64,000 bases of DNA from an uncultured Gammaproteobacteria bacterium (GTDB lineage Bacteria > Patescibacteriota > Microgenomatia > UBA10105 > UBA927): the NCBI GenBank assembly GCA_964385705.1, contig CAYLQG010000001.1:831-64830 (forward strand), read 5' to 3'. Each line of letters opens with the position of its first letter. Position 1 is the stretch's first letter. This document shows positions 30,285-40,655 of the stretch, piece after piece. The notes beneath the pieces are model-generated. The model was not told the DNA's origin and ran no database searches. It saw nothing but the letters and a program-made list of their open reading frames with translations. The position numbers and the translations under genes are program-made.

Positions 30285-30305
30285 ATTCATGAGGCGTGAT
30301 TAATA
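30285..30305. repeat. 21-nt direct repeat copy 2 (ATTCATGAGGCGTGATTAATA)
   Basis: See copy 1. Confidence 0.8.
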
Positions 30306-30316
30306 TAATATTTCTT

Positions 30317-31300
30317 TCATTTTGATTGGCAATATTGCAATCCGATATTCCCGACCGTGACCCAATAGTCGTTTTCTTTTGTATGCATGTCTTTTACTGC
30401 CCTGGAATATTCCCCCTGCATTGCATACATGGCAAATACGGCTGTTATGAAGAGAGGCAACGCCTCATACTCAATCTTTGGCAATACCGGCGTATAGACT
30501 TTTTTTACCAAATCTAAGTATTGGGTAAAATGAGACGGATCGTTTTCATTAAAAAACATTCCGCATAATAGCACTGATAATTCCTGAAGCCTCGGTTTTC
30601 TGGCAGCCATAGAGTAATCAACAATATAGAGGTTTGCGTGGGAGTCCTTTATCACATTAGCGCGTATAATATCCCCATGGACTAATGCCTGAGTTAACGC
30701 AGATAGATTAATTAATGAGAACGGTTTGACAAAAGTATCAAGATACGATTGCGCTTCATGTGAGAGATATTGTCTTTTTAACGAATATTCATTCACAAAA
30801 TTAACAGGAGACCACTCATCGTAATAATCATCAGGAGTGATATCCAATGAATTTATTTTTGCCGCCTCCTGTATGAGTACTATTGCCTCTTCTTTTGTGG
30901 GACGGACTCCGAGATCATAAAAACTTTTTCCATCTATAAAATCCATGACGCAGTACCATACTGTTTCCTGTCCGTTTTTATAATTATGAAGGAATGAGCC
31001 TGCATTCTCATAGAGTTTTGGGTGACGTATTCCCCGGTCAACCACCTGAGTCAGTATATCGACATAGCGTTTGCAATTAGCATAGTCCCGGAACGAACCG
31101 AAGCATTTAACCAGATAAACAGAGGATTTCGTCTCAAGCCGTATATTTAAATCTTCATATCCGACCGTAATAATTGAATATTGTATAAACTCGCCCAATT
31201 GTAGAGCCTTCACCACGTGGGCAACGAATGTATCCAATGATCCAGAGTAAGGAATGCGTCGGATAAATTCTGAAGGATTATCCATGGGATCGTTTTGCAA
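30317..31300 (-). CDS. phosphotransferase-family (APH/choline-kinase-like) small-molecule kinase
   Basis: Brenner motif HGDIIRANV and IVDYS (DFG-equivalent). Confidence 0.55.
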   Translation of the reverse strand: MQNDPMDNPSEFIRRIPYSGSLDTFVAHVVKALQLGEFIQYSIITVGYEDLNIRLETKSSVYLVKCFGSFRDYANCKRYVDILTQVVDRGIRHPKLYENAGSFLHNYKNGQETVWYCVMDFIDGKSFYDLGVRPTKEEAIVLIQEAAKINSLDITPDDYYDEWSPVNFVNEYSLKRQYLSHEAQSYLDTFVKPFSLINLSALTQALVHGDIIRANVIKDSHANLYIVDYSMAARKPRLQELSVLLCGMFFNENDPSHFTQYLDLVKKVYTPVLPKIEYEALPLFITAVFAMYAMQGEYSRAVKDMHTKENDYWVTVGNIGLQYCQSK

Positions 31301-31372
31301 AATCAGGGGAGTTAATTTTTTGTGTTTTCATATGATGCCATTATAATACCGACTCAAAAAATCACATAATTA

Positions 31373-32839
31373 TCAGTTAAACGTATCCGGATTTTGAAGT
31401 ACTTTATACAGAATAGTACTCCCGATAACTTTGTACCGGGTAACAACCTGCGCCTTTTCCAAATTTTTCAGACCCGAAATAAACGGCTGCCTGTCAACAA
31501 GAAAATGCCGTGCGTCCCAATCGGGCGACAGATCAACAATAAGAAACTGCGAATTGCCGTACCACCGGAACCAATCACATACGTTTTGTCCGCACGGTGA
31601 ATCAACGGGAAATTTCCGCTCCTCCGGATATAGCGTATAAACAAATTCGCGATGACTCAGATGTGATGTAATATTATTCTGTGACACGACTGAGGCAGTT
31701 TTTGGTAAATATGAATCAATCATAGTATTTATATTTTTGACACCGGCGGGTTCGATCCAAAACCATTGTTTCGACAGGTAGCTCAAAGGCAGGTGCAGAG
31801 CATATTGGACAATAAGCGTACACACAATCAAATAGACGGCAACATAGCGTGAATTTAATTTTTTGAACCGTTGGATAGCCATGATCACCGCCCAGACGAG
31901 AAACGGAGTCAGGGTAATACGGTACTGGCCGAATAAACCCTGTGCGCCGGTAACACTGGTACCGAAAACAAAATATACGATTAAATCGCCAAGCGCAGGT
32001 AATAAATAAAGCGGCGACAAAAGGGGCAAAAAACCAAATGATAACAGTGAATACCAAATGACCTGGCGATTTTCCGACGAATCAATTAACTTAATGGGAT
32101 TCAGGTTGGCAAACATCCCCGCATTTGATGCAAACGGGTATTGCATATGCACGATATACGGAAAGTAAACAAAATAGATAAACAGAAGATACATGACGGA
32201 CATGATCATGAACCCGATAAAAAGTTTTCTTTTGCGCTGGACAAAGAAAACGAATGAGGTTAAAAAAGTAAGCGATGCGATATTTTCTTTCGCTGTCACG
32301 GATAATAAAATAAAAAGCATGGAGAGATCGGTTTTATTCTGATCTATAAAATAGATAAGCCACATGAGAAATGCCGCAGCAAAATCAGTACTGTGCACGT
32401 CCGCCCATATATCATTCTGCACGCCGTAAAAACCTAAATACCCGACCACGAGTGCAAGGCAAAGCCAGATGTTCAGATGTTTCTTTTTAGCTAACAGGTA
32501 GACTGCAATACCCGACAGGCACACGAACGCCGTCCTGACCAGAATGAGCATCCGCCTCGTGCTCCATATCCAATAAAACGGTGCGACAAGCGCGTAGATG
32601 AATTCAACGTGTTCGACGAGTTTCGGCTGCCCCGGATGTGGATTGATAGATGAGATGGGAGCGCGAAAATGACTGTACTCCCACACCACCTGATCGTTTA
32701 TGCCTAAATCAAATCCGAATGAACCATAGTGATTATACCGAACGATCGAGAGCGTACTGTACGCCGCAAAAAAAAGTAGGCAAATAATAATAGGAAAATA
32801 AATAGATTTAACAAACTGAGAGAGTTTTGTCCGAATCAT
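31373..32839 (-). CDS. DUF2079-like polytopic membrane protein (putative GT-C glycosyltransferase)
   Basis: N-terminal FGFDLGINDQ motif and more than 10 TM segments. Confidence 0.45.
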   Translation of the reverse strand: MIRTKLSQFVKSIYFPIIICLLFFAAYSTLSIVRYNHYGSFGFDLGINDQVVWEYSHFRAPISSINPHPGQPKLVEHVEFIYALVAPFYWIWSTRRMLILVRTAFVCLSGIAVYLLAKKKHLNIWLCLALVVGYLGFYGVQNDIWADVHSTDFAAAFLMWLIYFIDQNKTDLSMLFILLSVTAKENIASLTFLTSFVFFVQRKRKLFIGFMIMSVMYLLFIYFVYFPYIVHMQYPFASNAGMFANLNPIKLIDSSENRQVIWYSLLSFGFLPLLSPLYLLPALGDLIVYFVFGTSVTGAQGLFGQYRITLTPFLVWAVIMAIQRFKKLNSRYVAVYLIVCTLIVQYALHLPLSYLSKQWFWIEPAGVKNINTMIDSYLPKTASVVSQNNITSHLSHREFVYTLYPEERKFPVDSPCGQNVCDWFRWYGNSQFLIVDLSPDWDARHFLVDRQPFISGLKNLEKAQVVTRYKVIGSTILYKVLQNPDTFN

Positions 32840-32932
32840 TGTATTAGAACTTGCAGATTATCGATGGCGGCACTGGGCAAAGGTGCCCATACTAATTTAT
32901 ATATGGTATATCCTTATAATAAGCTGAAACTG

Positions 32933-33178
32933 TTACGTTTTCCAATTCCACCATTTGAGCTTTGCGGGTGAAGTATTTTTCGTTGAAGCATAATAAACCG
33001 CACACCGCATCACATACAACATACACCGGTCAATCTTAATCCCCTGCTTTTTACATAATTGCTCATACAAATCCTGCGGATTCTTATTTCGCAATTGGGT
33101 AACCGAATATATCCCGATCCCATTTAAATCGCTTGCGATGCTTTTCCCGACACCGGGGATAACTGTGAGAGGATTCAT
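32933..33178 (-). CDS. small helix-hairpin-helix domain protein
   Basis: IPGVGKSIASDL HhH motif. Confidence 0.45.
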   Translation of the reverse strand: MNPLTVIPGVGKSIASDLNGIGIYSVTQLRNKNPQDLYEQLCKKQGIKIDRCMLYVMRCAVYYASTKNTSPAKLKWWNWKT

Positions 33179-33226
33179 AACAAGTATTATACAGAAATAA
33201 TTACATTACGTGCCCTAGCGGGCTTA

Positions 33227-36200
33227 CTAAAAGTGCACGTAGATAGAAAAGATGGTGGAGTCAAGTGTCGCACTTGGAAAATTAGCCGGCCAGCTCCCAA
33301 ACGCACGCTTTGCCCACGCAGCCACACCGGTTGAACCGGGGTTGAAATACATATTATTGAGATAATCGGTCGACGCAGTTCCATTCGTGTTATACATCAG
33401 CCAATAGGTTGTATTGGCGTTAAGGGACGCCGTAATGGGAAGCGTATTCCATGACAGCGGCGTTAATGTCCCCGTTTGCGTCGACGCAACCAACGTTTTT
33501 GGCTGACCATTGTTATCCGTATAAATTGCCATCTGATATTGATTATGAGACCCGGTATCAACGTTCCCGACAAATACAGACATGTTTGTCGTGGTCTTAT
33601 TCGTTCCACCCATCGTAAATTTTGTCCCATTCATATATCCGGAGTCTCCGGTATCGAGAAGCGCTCCCTTATTCGTATAGCCAAGCGTATTGGGAATCGG
33701 TGTCGGCGTGGGTAACGGTGTTGCTGTTGAAGAGCTTGCATAGACCAAATTATCCAAGTTCGTATTCCAGCTATTGGAACTTGTCACCGTAACAGTCGTA
33801 CAGGGCACGTTCCAATTCGTCACAAGTGTCGCCAAGCTATTGGGTGCCACCTGCGCGCTCACCGGGGGATTTCCATTACATGATAATGTAACCATGGCTG
33901 TCACATTGCTATTGCTGTAAATTTGCGAAGACTCAAGTACTTCAGGACTCACAAACGAGAACGTACCGCTCGTCACATTTGATGAATGAAACGAAATGCT
34001 ATTCGTGTTGTCTGTGGCTATGGCACCATCAACATCCCATACGTTTGTCCCCCAGTTAATTCCTGAATAGGTGCCATTGAGTTGTGTATTTGCCGTTCTG
34101 TCGTTAAACGTTACTGTCATTGTTGGAACCGGTGTTGGCGTCGGAGTTGGCGTTGGACTTGGTGTCGGTGACGGTGTGGGAGTTGGCGTTGGAGTAGGCG
34201 TCGGACTTGAGGTCGGTGTAGGAGTTGGCTCTACATACGTATTGCCGGTCTTTGAGCACCAAACTTTGGGAGAATTGCCATACGAAGCACCATAAATAAC
34301 AACCTCAATATTATTCACGTCATAAGGCTTAACATAATTATCTAATTTAAATTTGCTTACATAAGTTCCGTTCCAAGAAATGAGGCTAAAGAATGTGTAG
34401 TTAATGCCTGTTGATGTGAAACCCCAATTATCGAGATATGGCGCCCAATCCCATGGATTCCAGTTTTGAATGGCAAAGTCCTGCAAGTTTTCATTATCGT
34501 AATTGATAAAGGAACCGGAAAACGCGCCACCACTCCCAAGTTCTCCTAAAGAATTAGTTTTGTACAAAAGGTCGTAATAATAACGGCGGAAGCCATAATC
34601 ACCGGTTCCGGTGGTATCAATGGTAAATGTATTTTCCCACGTGTAATCATTTAGTTTCGTGGTTTGTATATCAACCGAGCATGTGTCACCCGGCACAGGC
34701 GTCGGAGTCGGAGTAGGACTCGGTGATGGGGTCGGAGTTGGTGTGGGCGTCGGAGTAACATTATTGCTGTACGGACATCCATCGGGCGGCGTTGTCAAAA
34801 ACGATGAATAATTTACGTTGGTGCTTACTGAATCACCGGAACCGCTACCCGCTCCCGAAGGCCCATCAACAGCGCCCCACCAATTCCCCGTGGCTGTTTG
34901 CACATTGGAATCGTCGTTGGTAAAACTTGTGTTACTGTTGCCTACCACGCAACTCGCTGTCACATTCACCGTGCCACTTGATTGGTTATAAACCCCACCG
35001 CTGTTGGCTGCCGTATTAGTCAGGATGCGGCTATCAGTAATAGTTGTTGTGCTTCCCTCCCAGTTATAGATGCCACCACCCCAACTGGCTGCATTATTTC
35101 CGGCACCTTCCCCGCCAATAACGCTGCCATTTTGAACATGTAATATTGATGCATTGAAAATACCTCCCCCTCCAGTGGGTGGGTTTGGATTTAACGCTGA
35201 ATTGTCACTAACCGTACTGGCATCAATGGTAGTCGTACCAAAGTTGATGATGCCACCCCCATATCCAGCTGAATTACCAGCGCCTATCCCGCCGATGACG
35301 CTACCATTTCGGACTATTAGTGTCGCTTCATTAGCAATACCTCCCCCGCCATAGCTTGCCACATTTGAACTGACAGTACTTGCGTCGATTGTTACCGTAC
35401 CACCATGGGTATTGAAAATACCTCCGCCGCCGCCAGGATAACCTAGCGTTGTCGTGTTGCCCGCTCCCAACCCGCCAATAACACTGCCATTTTGAATATT
35501 CACCGTACCACCATCGTTAAGAATCCCTCCGCCGCCAGCGTATTCATTTACCCCATAATTTGCACTTATAGTACTAGCGTCAATCGTCGCAAAAGAACCA
35601 GGACTATTGTAAATGCCACCAGCCCCCCCGCCGCCAACATTACCATGACCAGCGCCGCCAATTAAACTGCCGTTTTGTACCATTAATGTGCCGCCATTGT
35701 ATATGCCTCCGCCATCACTAGCATACGTCGCCACTATGTTGTCACTGACAGTGACTCTGTCGAGGGTGAGCGTCCCACCATTAAAGATACCACCTCCATA
35801 GATTGGCACAGCCGTGCAGGATCCATCACACATGCCGTTACGAATTTTTAAACCAGCAAGGGTCACATTTACACCGTTCACTATCTTCATTACGCGGTAA
35901 TGGACTATATTCCGATCCGCATCCGCTTGTATTATGGAGGCTTCCGCTCCTGCTCCATTGATCGTAAGATCGCTGGTGATAGAGAGCTCACTTCCCAAGC
36001 TCAACGTATATGTTCCAGCTGGCAACGAAATGCTATCCGATCCGGCAAGAGCATTTGCCTCTTCGATAGCCGCCCGAAGTGAACAGGATCCGTCCGCATC
36101 TGCACAGATTCCATCGCCAACACTGGCATCGTGAGTGTCGTTTGTGGTATTAACGGTAAGCGAGGCAGCGAAGACCGAACGAATTGGGATAAAAAATATC

Positions 36201-36253
36201 ATTAGGACTATAAGAAATAGTAGTTTTCTCACATTTAGTTTCATACTATACAT
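33227..36253 (-). CDS. giant secreted CSLREA-type beta-helix repeat protein with Pro-Thr linkers (about 1000 aa)
   Basis: It has a signal peptide and a [14 protein letters not shown] motif. GGGI[YF]N beta-helix repeats are followed by TPTPTP linkers. The real start is probably MKLNVRK, a few codons in. Confidence 0.75.
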   Translation of the reverse strand: MYSMKLNVRKLLFLIVLMIFFIPIRSVFAASLTVNTTNDTHDASVGDGICADADGSCSLRAAIEEANALAGSDSISLPAGTYTLSLGSELSITSDLTINGAGAEASIIQADADRNIVHYRVMKIVNGVNVTLAGLKIRNGMCDGSCTAVPIYGGGIFNGGTLTLDRVTVSDNIVATYASDGGGIYNGGTLMVQNGSLIGGAGHGNVGGGGAGGIYNSPGSFATIDASTISANYGVNEYAGGGGILNDGGTVNIQNGSVIGGLGAGNTTTLGYPGGGGGIFNTHGGTVTIDASTVSSNVASYGGGGIANEATLIVRNGSVIGGIGAGNSAGYGGGIINFGTTTIDASTVSDNSALNPNPPTGGGGIFNASILHVQNGSVIGGEGAGNNAASWGGGIYNWEGSTTTITDSRILTNTAANSGGVYNQSSGTVNVTASCVVGNSNTSFTNDDSNVQTATGNWWGAVDGPSGAGSGSGDSVSTNVNYSSFLTTPPDGCPYSNNVTPTPTPTPTPSPSPTPTPTPVPGDTCSVDIQTTKLNDYTWENTFTIDTTGTGDYGFRRYYYDLLYKTNSLGELGSGGAFSGSFINYDNENLQDFAIQNWNPWDWAPYLDNWGFTSTGINYTFFSLISWNGTYVSKFKLDNYVKPYDVNNIEVVIYGASYGNSPKVWCSKTGNTYVEPTPTPTSSPTPTPTPTPTPSPTPSPTPTPTPTPVPTMTVTFNDRTANTQLNGTYSGINWGTNVWDVDGAIATDNTNSISFHSSNVTSGTFSFVSPEVLESSQIYSNSNVTAMVTLSCNGNPPVSAQVAPNSLATLVTNWNVPCTTVTVTSSNSWNTNLDNLVYASSSTATPLPTPTPIPNTLGYTNKGALLDTGDSGYMNGTKFTMGGTNKTTTNMSVFVGNVDTGSHNQYQMAIYTDNNGQPKTLVASTQTGTLTPLSWNTLPITASLNANTTYWLMYNTNGTASTDYLNNMYFNPGSTGVAAWAKRAFGSWPANFPSATLDSTIFSIYVHF

Positions 36254-36313
36254 ACAAGAATTCTCTTGTCAAAAGCATTCATCGAACAGTTAATGGTATT
36301 AAAGTGTTTTTCT

Positions 36314-38359
36314 TTACAATGTTTTCGTCCACGTACCGAACGGCCTGAATGGACTGCATTTGGCACCGGGGTCGACATCGATCGTCTGTTTGGGACCGGC
36401 ACCCACACTTGTGCCAAGAACCGACGCGTTAAGCAAATAATAATTATTTGAAATCGAATTGATGGTTGCTCCAAAATGGCTGTTTGCCTGAGTATCGTTA
36501 AACCAAAGTCGTGCTGTTTTCCCATTGTTTTTGGAACCTACACAGGCGTTGCGAACGGATACTGTGATACGTAAGAGTGAACCCGACGGCATATTGACCG
36601 GGGAAAAGGAATTAAATGAAATGGTATTTAAATTCGCATTATCTAACCCGGCTCCACCGGAATCCACGCTATCAAGTTCACCTGAGGAAATGAGGGCGCT
36701 TCCTTTGTATGCCTGGGCTAAGAAATCATATTTAATCCCTTTATCCTGACTGTTTTGAAGTCCCACCCAAACCTGCGCAGGAGCAAGAGACGTCAATTGC
36801 GGTATGGGTGTCGGAGTCGGCGTCGGGCTGGGCGTCGGTGATGGGGTTGGAGTAGGCGTCGGACTTGGGGTCGGTGTAGGCGTTAATGTAGGAGTCGGTG
36901 TTACTGTGGGCGTTGGAGTCGGGGTCACATTATTGCTATACGGACAGCCTTCGGGCGGCGTCGTCAAAAATGGCTGATATGTTATCCCGCTACTTACCGC
37001 ATCTCCTGACCCGGAACCTGATCCAGAAGGCCCATCTGACGAACCCCACCAGTTATTTGTAGCATTTAAGAGAGACAAACCCGACTCTGCGTATAAAGCA
37101 TCTAGGGTGTTGCCAACAAAACAGCTGTTATTGATGGAAAAATTTGTTAATCCATTTGAGTAAGGATTATTGTGTACCCACACACCACCCAAGTTCGGCG
37201 CGGAATTATTTAAAAACTTCGTCCCGCTTATATTTATTGTCCCATTATCTTCGATCCATATCGCTCCACCCCGATCTGTAGCTGTATTATCCGATATTTC
37301 ACTATCTGTTATCGTTAATGTATCTGCCGGACTAAAGCCAACATTAATGGCGCCTCCTTGATTTGCAGTGTTACCGGTAATGCGTGTTCTATTTATAGAT
37401 ACATTCGTCAATATACTCGGACCATCGCCTATTAATGCAATTGCTCCGCCTATCATAGATGTGTTGTCTGAAATAATGCTATCGGTGATATTCAACGTCG
37501 ATCCTTCCACCCACATCGCACCACCAGTAAGAACATTACCCCCATTGTACGTACCATTCGAATTGTGATTTATGGTTGTATTGCTTATTGTTACAGTACT
37601 GCCGCCTATAAACATTGCACCCCCATAAGATGTGCCACCTACGTTATCGTGAATCCTACTATTGTTGATAGTGGCGGTACTACCGTAAATCACTTTTACC
37701 TGCACGCCGGAATTGTTGAAAAAATCACTGTTCGTAATTGTCGTATTCCCCCCTACGGCAACAAATGTATCCCTTCGGTTGTTTTCAAAAGTTGAACCTG
37801 AAACGGTTGTATTACCACCGGTATTGATAGCGCCTCCGCCGATTTCGTCATTCCCATAATTTGCATTAAATTCTGCCCCAGAAACCGTTAAGGTACCGAC
37901 ACTCTGTATCGCTATAAAATTATTTACAAACGTACATCCGTTCACCACCAGCGTTCCCGAGTTAGAAACAGCGCCACCTGATAGATCGCCGTTTGCCACA
38001 GTGAGATTATTAAGAGTCAATGCACCAGCAGCAGTTGTAAGAAATAGTCGAAAATCCGGCGCCATCGTATCCCGTTGTATCGTGGCACCATTACCATTTA
38101 TGGTAATATCACTGGTTATTAGAGGCAAACCCATATATGTGCCTCCATAAACAATATTGACAGTGTTCAAAGTATATGTGCCTCCCGAAGCCAGTTCGAT
38201 CGTATCCGGTCCGGGATAATTTGTTTCATCATTCGCGTTATTGATTGCGGTAATGAGCCCGGCTGTATCCCCGTCGGCGACAGTGAAGGTAGCGGCGAAG
38301 ACAGAACGATAAGGAATAAGGAAGAAGACAAGGAGGATGAGATAAAAAAGTTTTCTCAC
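36314..38359 (-). CDS. secreted beta-helix repeat protein, paralogue of upstream gene (681 aa)
   Basis: Similar signal peptide and shared [38 protein letters not shown] junction. Confidence 0.75.
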   Translation of the reverse strand: MRKLFYLILLVFFLIPYRSVFAATFTVADGDTAGLITAINNANDETNYPGPDTIELASGGTYTLNTVNIVYGGTYMGLPLITSDITINGNGATIQRDTMAPDFRLFLTTAAGALTLNNLTVANGDLSGGAVSNSGTLVVNGCTFVNNFIAIQSVGTLTVSGAEFNANYGNDEIGGGAINTGGNTTVSGSTFENNRRDTFVAVGGNTTITNSDFFNNSGVQVKVIYGSTATINNSRIHDNVGGTSYGGAMFIGGSTVTISNTTINHNSNGTYNGGNVLTGGAMWVEGSTLNITDSIISDNTSMIGGAIALIGDGPSILTNVSINRTRITGNTANQGGAINVGFSPADTLTITDSEISDNTATDRGGAIWIEDNGTINISGTKFLNNSAPNLGGVWVHNNPYSNGLTNFSINNSCFVGNTLDALYAESGLSLLNATNNWWGSSDGPSGSGSGSGDAVSSGITYQPFLTTPPEGCPYSNNVTPTPTPTVTPTPTLTPTPTPSPTPTPTPSPTPSPTPTPTPIPQLTSLAPAQVWVGLQNSQDKGIKYDFLAQAYKGSALISSGELDSVDSGGAGLDNANLNTISFNSFSPVNMPSGSLLRITVSVRNACVGSKNNGKTARLWFNDTQANSHFGATINSISNNYYLLNASVLGTSVGAGPKQTIDVDPGAKCSPFRPFGTWTKTL

Positions 38360-38473
38360 AATACACTCTCATCCTTGCAAGAATAACACCGCTTGTCAAT
38401 AGTTGGGGTTTAACTATTGATATTTTGTAAAAGATGATTTACGTTAATAAAGTACAATAATTTGCACAAATAG

Positions 38474-38556
38474 TTTGGGGGTGTCCCGATTATTTATCGA
38501 GGACTGAGATTATACCCATACAACCTGATCTGGATAATGCCAGCGAAGGGAAACAT
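38474..38556 (+). promoter_or_regulatory. TPP (THI-box) riboswitch
   Basis: GGGGUGUCCCG...GACUGAGAUUAUACCC...AACCUGAUCUGGAUAAUGCCAGCGAAGGGAA matches the THI element consensus. Confidence 0.85.
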
Positions 38557-38613
38557 TATATAACTGTTCCCTCGGGGAGCAGTTTTTTATGGTTTATTGA
38601 GAGGAGAACCAAT

Positions 38614-38913
38614 ATGGTAACAGCAAGTGTGGCTTTTCAGGTCATGCCGAAAGTTCCGGATCGGCGTGACAGTATTCCTGTCATTGATAAGGCGATTGAG
38701 ATAGTGAAACAATCGGGAGTTGTCTATGAGGTGGGACCAATGGAGACCACTATGGAAGGAGAACTCGATACCCTTATTGGGATTGTAAAAAAATCGATTC
38801 AGGCGTGTGTGGATGATGGAGCACAGTCCGTTTTCACTAATATAAAGGTTCTTTACAATCCGAAAGGAATCATGACCATCAATGAAAAAGTTACAAAGCA
38901 TCGTTCAAAATAA
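38614..38913 (+). CDS. YkoF/MTH1187-family thiamine/HMP-binding protein
   Basis: 99 aa; it precedes a ThiXYZ-type transporter. Confidence 0.65.
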   Translation: MVTASVAFQVMPKVPDRRDSIPVIDKAIEIVKQSGVVYEVGPMETTMEGELDTLIGIVKKSIQACVDDGAQSVFTNIKVLYNPKGIMTINEKVTKHRSK

Positions 38914-39667
38914 CTCATTATCAACACTCGCCATACTGGGCTTCCTTATTACATGGGAAATCGGGGTTGACGTTACCCATGTGCAAAAATGGTTTTTGCC
39001 AAGTCCCACAGCGATTGGTATAGCTTTATGGGTATCGAGAGTACTGCTTCTCCAGCACACTATTGTGACTGCGTTTGAGGCTATTCTTGGTCTATCCATC
39101 GCAACACTCATTGGTTTTTTACTTGGGTGCGCTCTGGAGTATTCACGTCTTTTCAAAAAAATGGTACTCCCCTTTATCATTATTTCACAGACAATTCCAT
39201 TTCTCGTATTAGCTCCACTATTGGTCATATGGTTTGGATACGGGTTGACGTCCAAAATACTTGTCATCTCCCTTGTGTGTTTCTATCCGGTCACGATATC
39301 AGTGATAGATGGGTTTAACATGATTGACCGGGATTTACTGCGTCTTTTAGATTCTTTAGGAGCCACAAAAAAACAAGTATTTCAATTCGTAAAATTCCCG
39401 GCCGTGTTGCCATCCTTTTTTTCCGGATTGAAAATTGCAGGAACGTACAGCATTATCGGTGCGGTCATCAGCGAATGGATCGGCGCAGATAAAGGTCTGG
39501 GGATTTTTTTAGTGAGATCATCGAAGTCGTACCTCACTGATCGGGTTTTTGCAATTATGTTTGTCATTGCAATATTGAGTTTAGCACTTATTTCCACAAC
39601 TGAATTGATACGTCGTGTAAGTATTCCCTGGTTTTATCAAAAAACAGGAGGCATCTGTGTCAAATAA
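38882..39667 (+). CDS. ABC transporter permease (ThiX-like)
   Basis: 261 aa, 6 TM, binding-protein-dependent permease signature. Confidence 0.75.
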   Translation: MKKLQSIVQNNSLSTLAILGFLITWEIGVDVTHVQKWFLPSPTAIGIALWVSRVLLLQHTIVTAFEAILGLSIATLIGFLLGCALEYSRLFKKMVLPFIIISQTIPFLVLAPLLVIWFGYGLTSKILVISLVCFYPVTISVIDGFNMIDRDLLRLLDSLGATKKQVFQFVKFPAVLPSFFSGLKIAGTYSIIGAVISEWIGADKGLGIFLVRSSKSYLTDRVFAIMFVIAILSLALISTTELIRRVSIPWFYQKTGGICVK

Positions 39668-40655
39668 GAAAAAGATTTTTACCGGCATTTGCGTTAGTCT
39701 TTTATTTTTCGGATTTTTTATATTCCTGAAAAATATTTCAAAAAAAATTTCGGGCAATCCAAATACAAAAGTTACTGTTATTCTCGATTGGTCCCCCAAT
39801 ACAAATCATACGGGTATATATGTAGCAAAGGAAAAAGGATATTTTGCGAAAGAACATCTCGATGTGCAAATTCTGCAACAGGCAGATGATGCCACTGAAG
39901 CCGTTGCGACCGGAAAAATTGATTTTGCAATAAGCAGCCAGGAATCTGTAACGGAAGCGAGGGTTAAAGATATACCAATTGTTTCCGTAGCCGCAATTAT
40001 CCAACATAACACGTCTGCTTTTGCGTCACTTGCAAGTACTCATATAATCACTGTCCGCGATTTTGAGGGAAAGCGATACGGCGGCTGGGGATCGCCGATT
40101 GAAGAAGCCGTCTTAACGGCTGTGATGCAGGATGCACGGGCACAATATAGCAACGTAAAAAATATCACAATCGGTACGACCGATTTTTTTAACTCCATCG
40201 GCCGCGACGCTGACTTTGAATGGATATTTTACGGATGGGATGGCATAGAAGCCAAGCGAAGGGGAATCGCAATTAACACAATCATGCTCAAGGATTTAAA
40301 TCCGATTCTCGATTATTACACTCCGGTCATTATTACAAACGAACAGCATGTAAAAGAACAAAAAGAATTGGTAACAAAATTTATGAATGCGGTAAGTGAG
40401 GGGTATACGTTTTCCATTCATAATCCGGATGAGGCGGGCCGCATTCTTTTGAGGGATGCACCTGAGTTGAATGCTGATCTGGTGCATCAAAGTCAAGCGT
40501 GGTTAAGTCCCCGATATCAGGCGGACACAGATCACTGGGGAGAGCAAAAAGCGCAAGTGTGGCAGCGATACGCCCAATGGATGTTTGACAAAAAACTTAT
40601 TGAAAAAATGATTACTGTGAATGACGCATTTACCAATGAATTTCTTCCAAAATAA
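39657..40655 (+). CDS. NMT1/THI5-like substrate-binding protein (ThiY-like, HMP precursor binding)
   Basis: ILDWSPNTNHTGIYVAKEKGYF N-terminus typical of the NMT1/ThiY family. Confidence 0.7.
   Translation: MSNKKKIFTGICVSLLFFGFFIFLKNISKKISGNPNTKVTVILDWSPNTNHTGIYVAKEKGYFAKEHLDVQILQQADDATEAVATGKIDFAISSQESVTEARVKDIPIVSVAAIIQHNTSAFASLASTHIITVRDFEGKRYGGWGSPIEEAVLTAVMQDARAQYSNVKNITIGTTDFFNSIGRDADFEWIFYGWDGIEAKRRGIAINTIMLKDLNPILDYYTPVIITNEQHVKEQKELVTKFMNAVSEGYTFSIHNPDEAGRILLRDAPELNADLVHQSQAWLSPRYQADTDHWGEQKAQVWQRYAQWMFDKKLIEKMITVNDAFTNEFLPK

Noticed and set aside
34071-34295. 74-aa GVGVGVG ORF on the + strand
   Set aside because: It is the antisense reading of the Pro-Thr linker repeats of the giant beta-helix gene.
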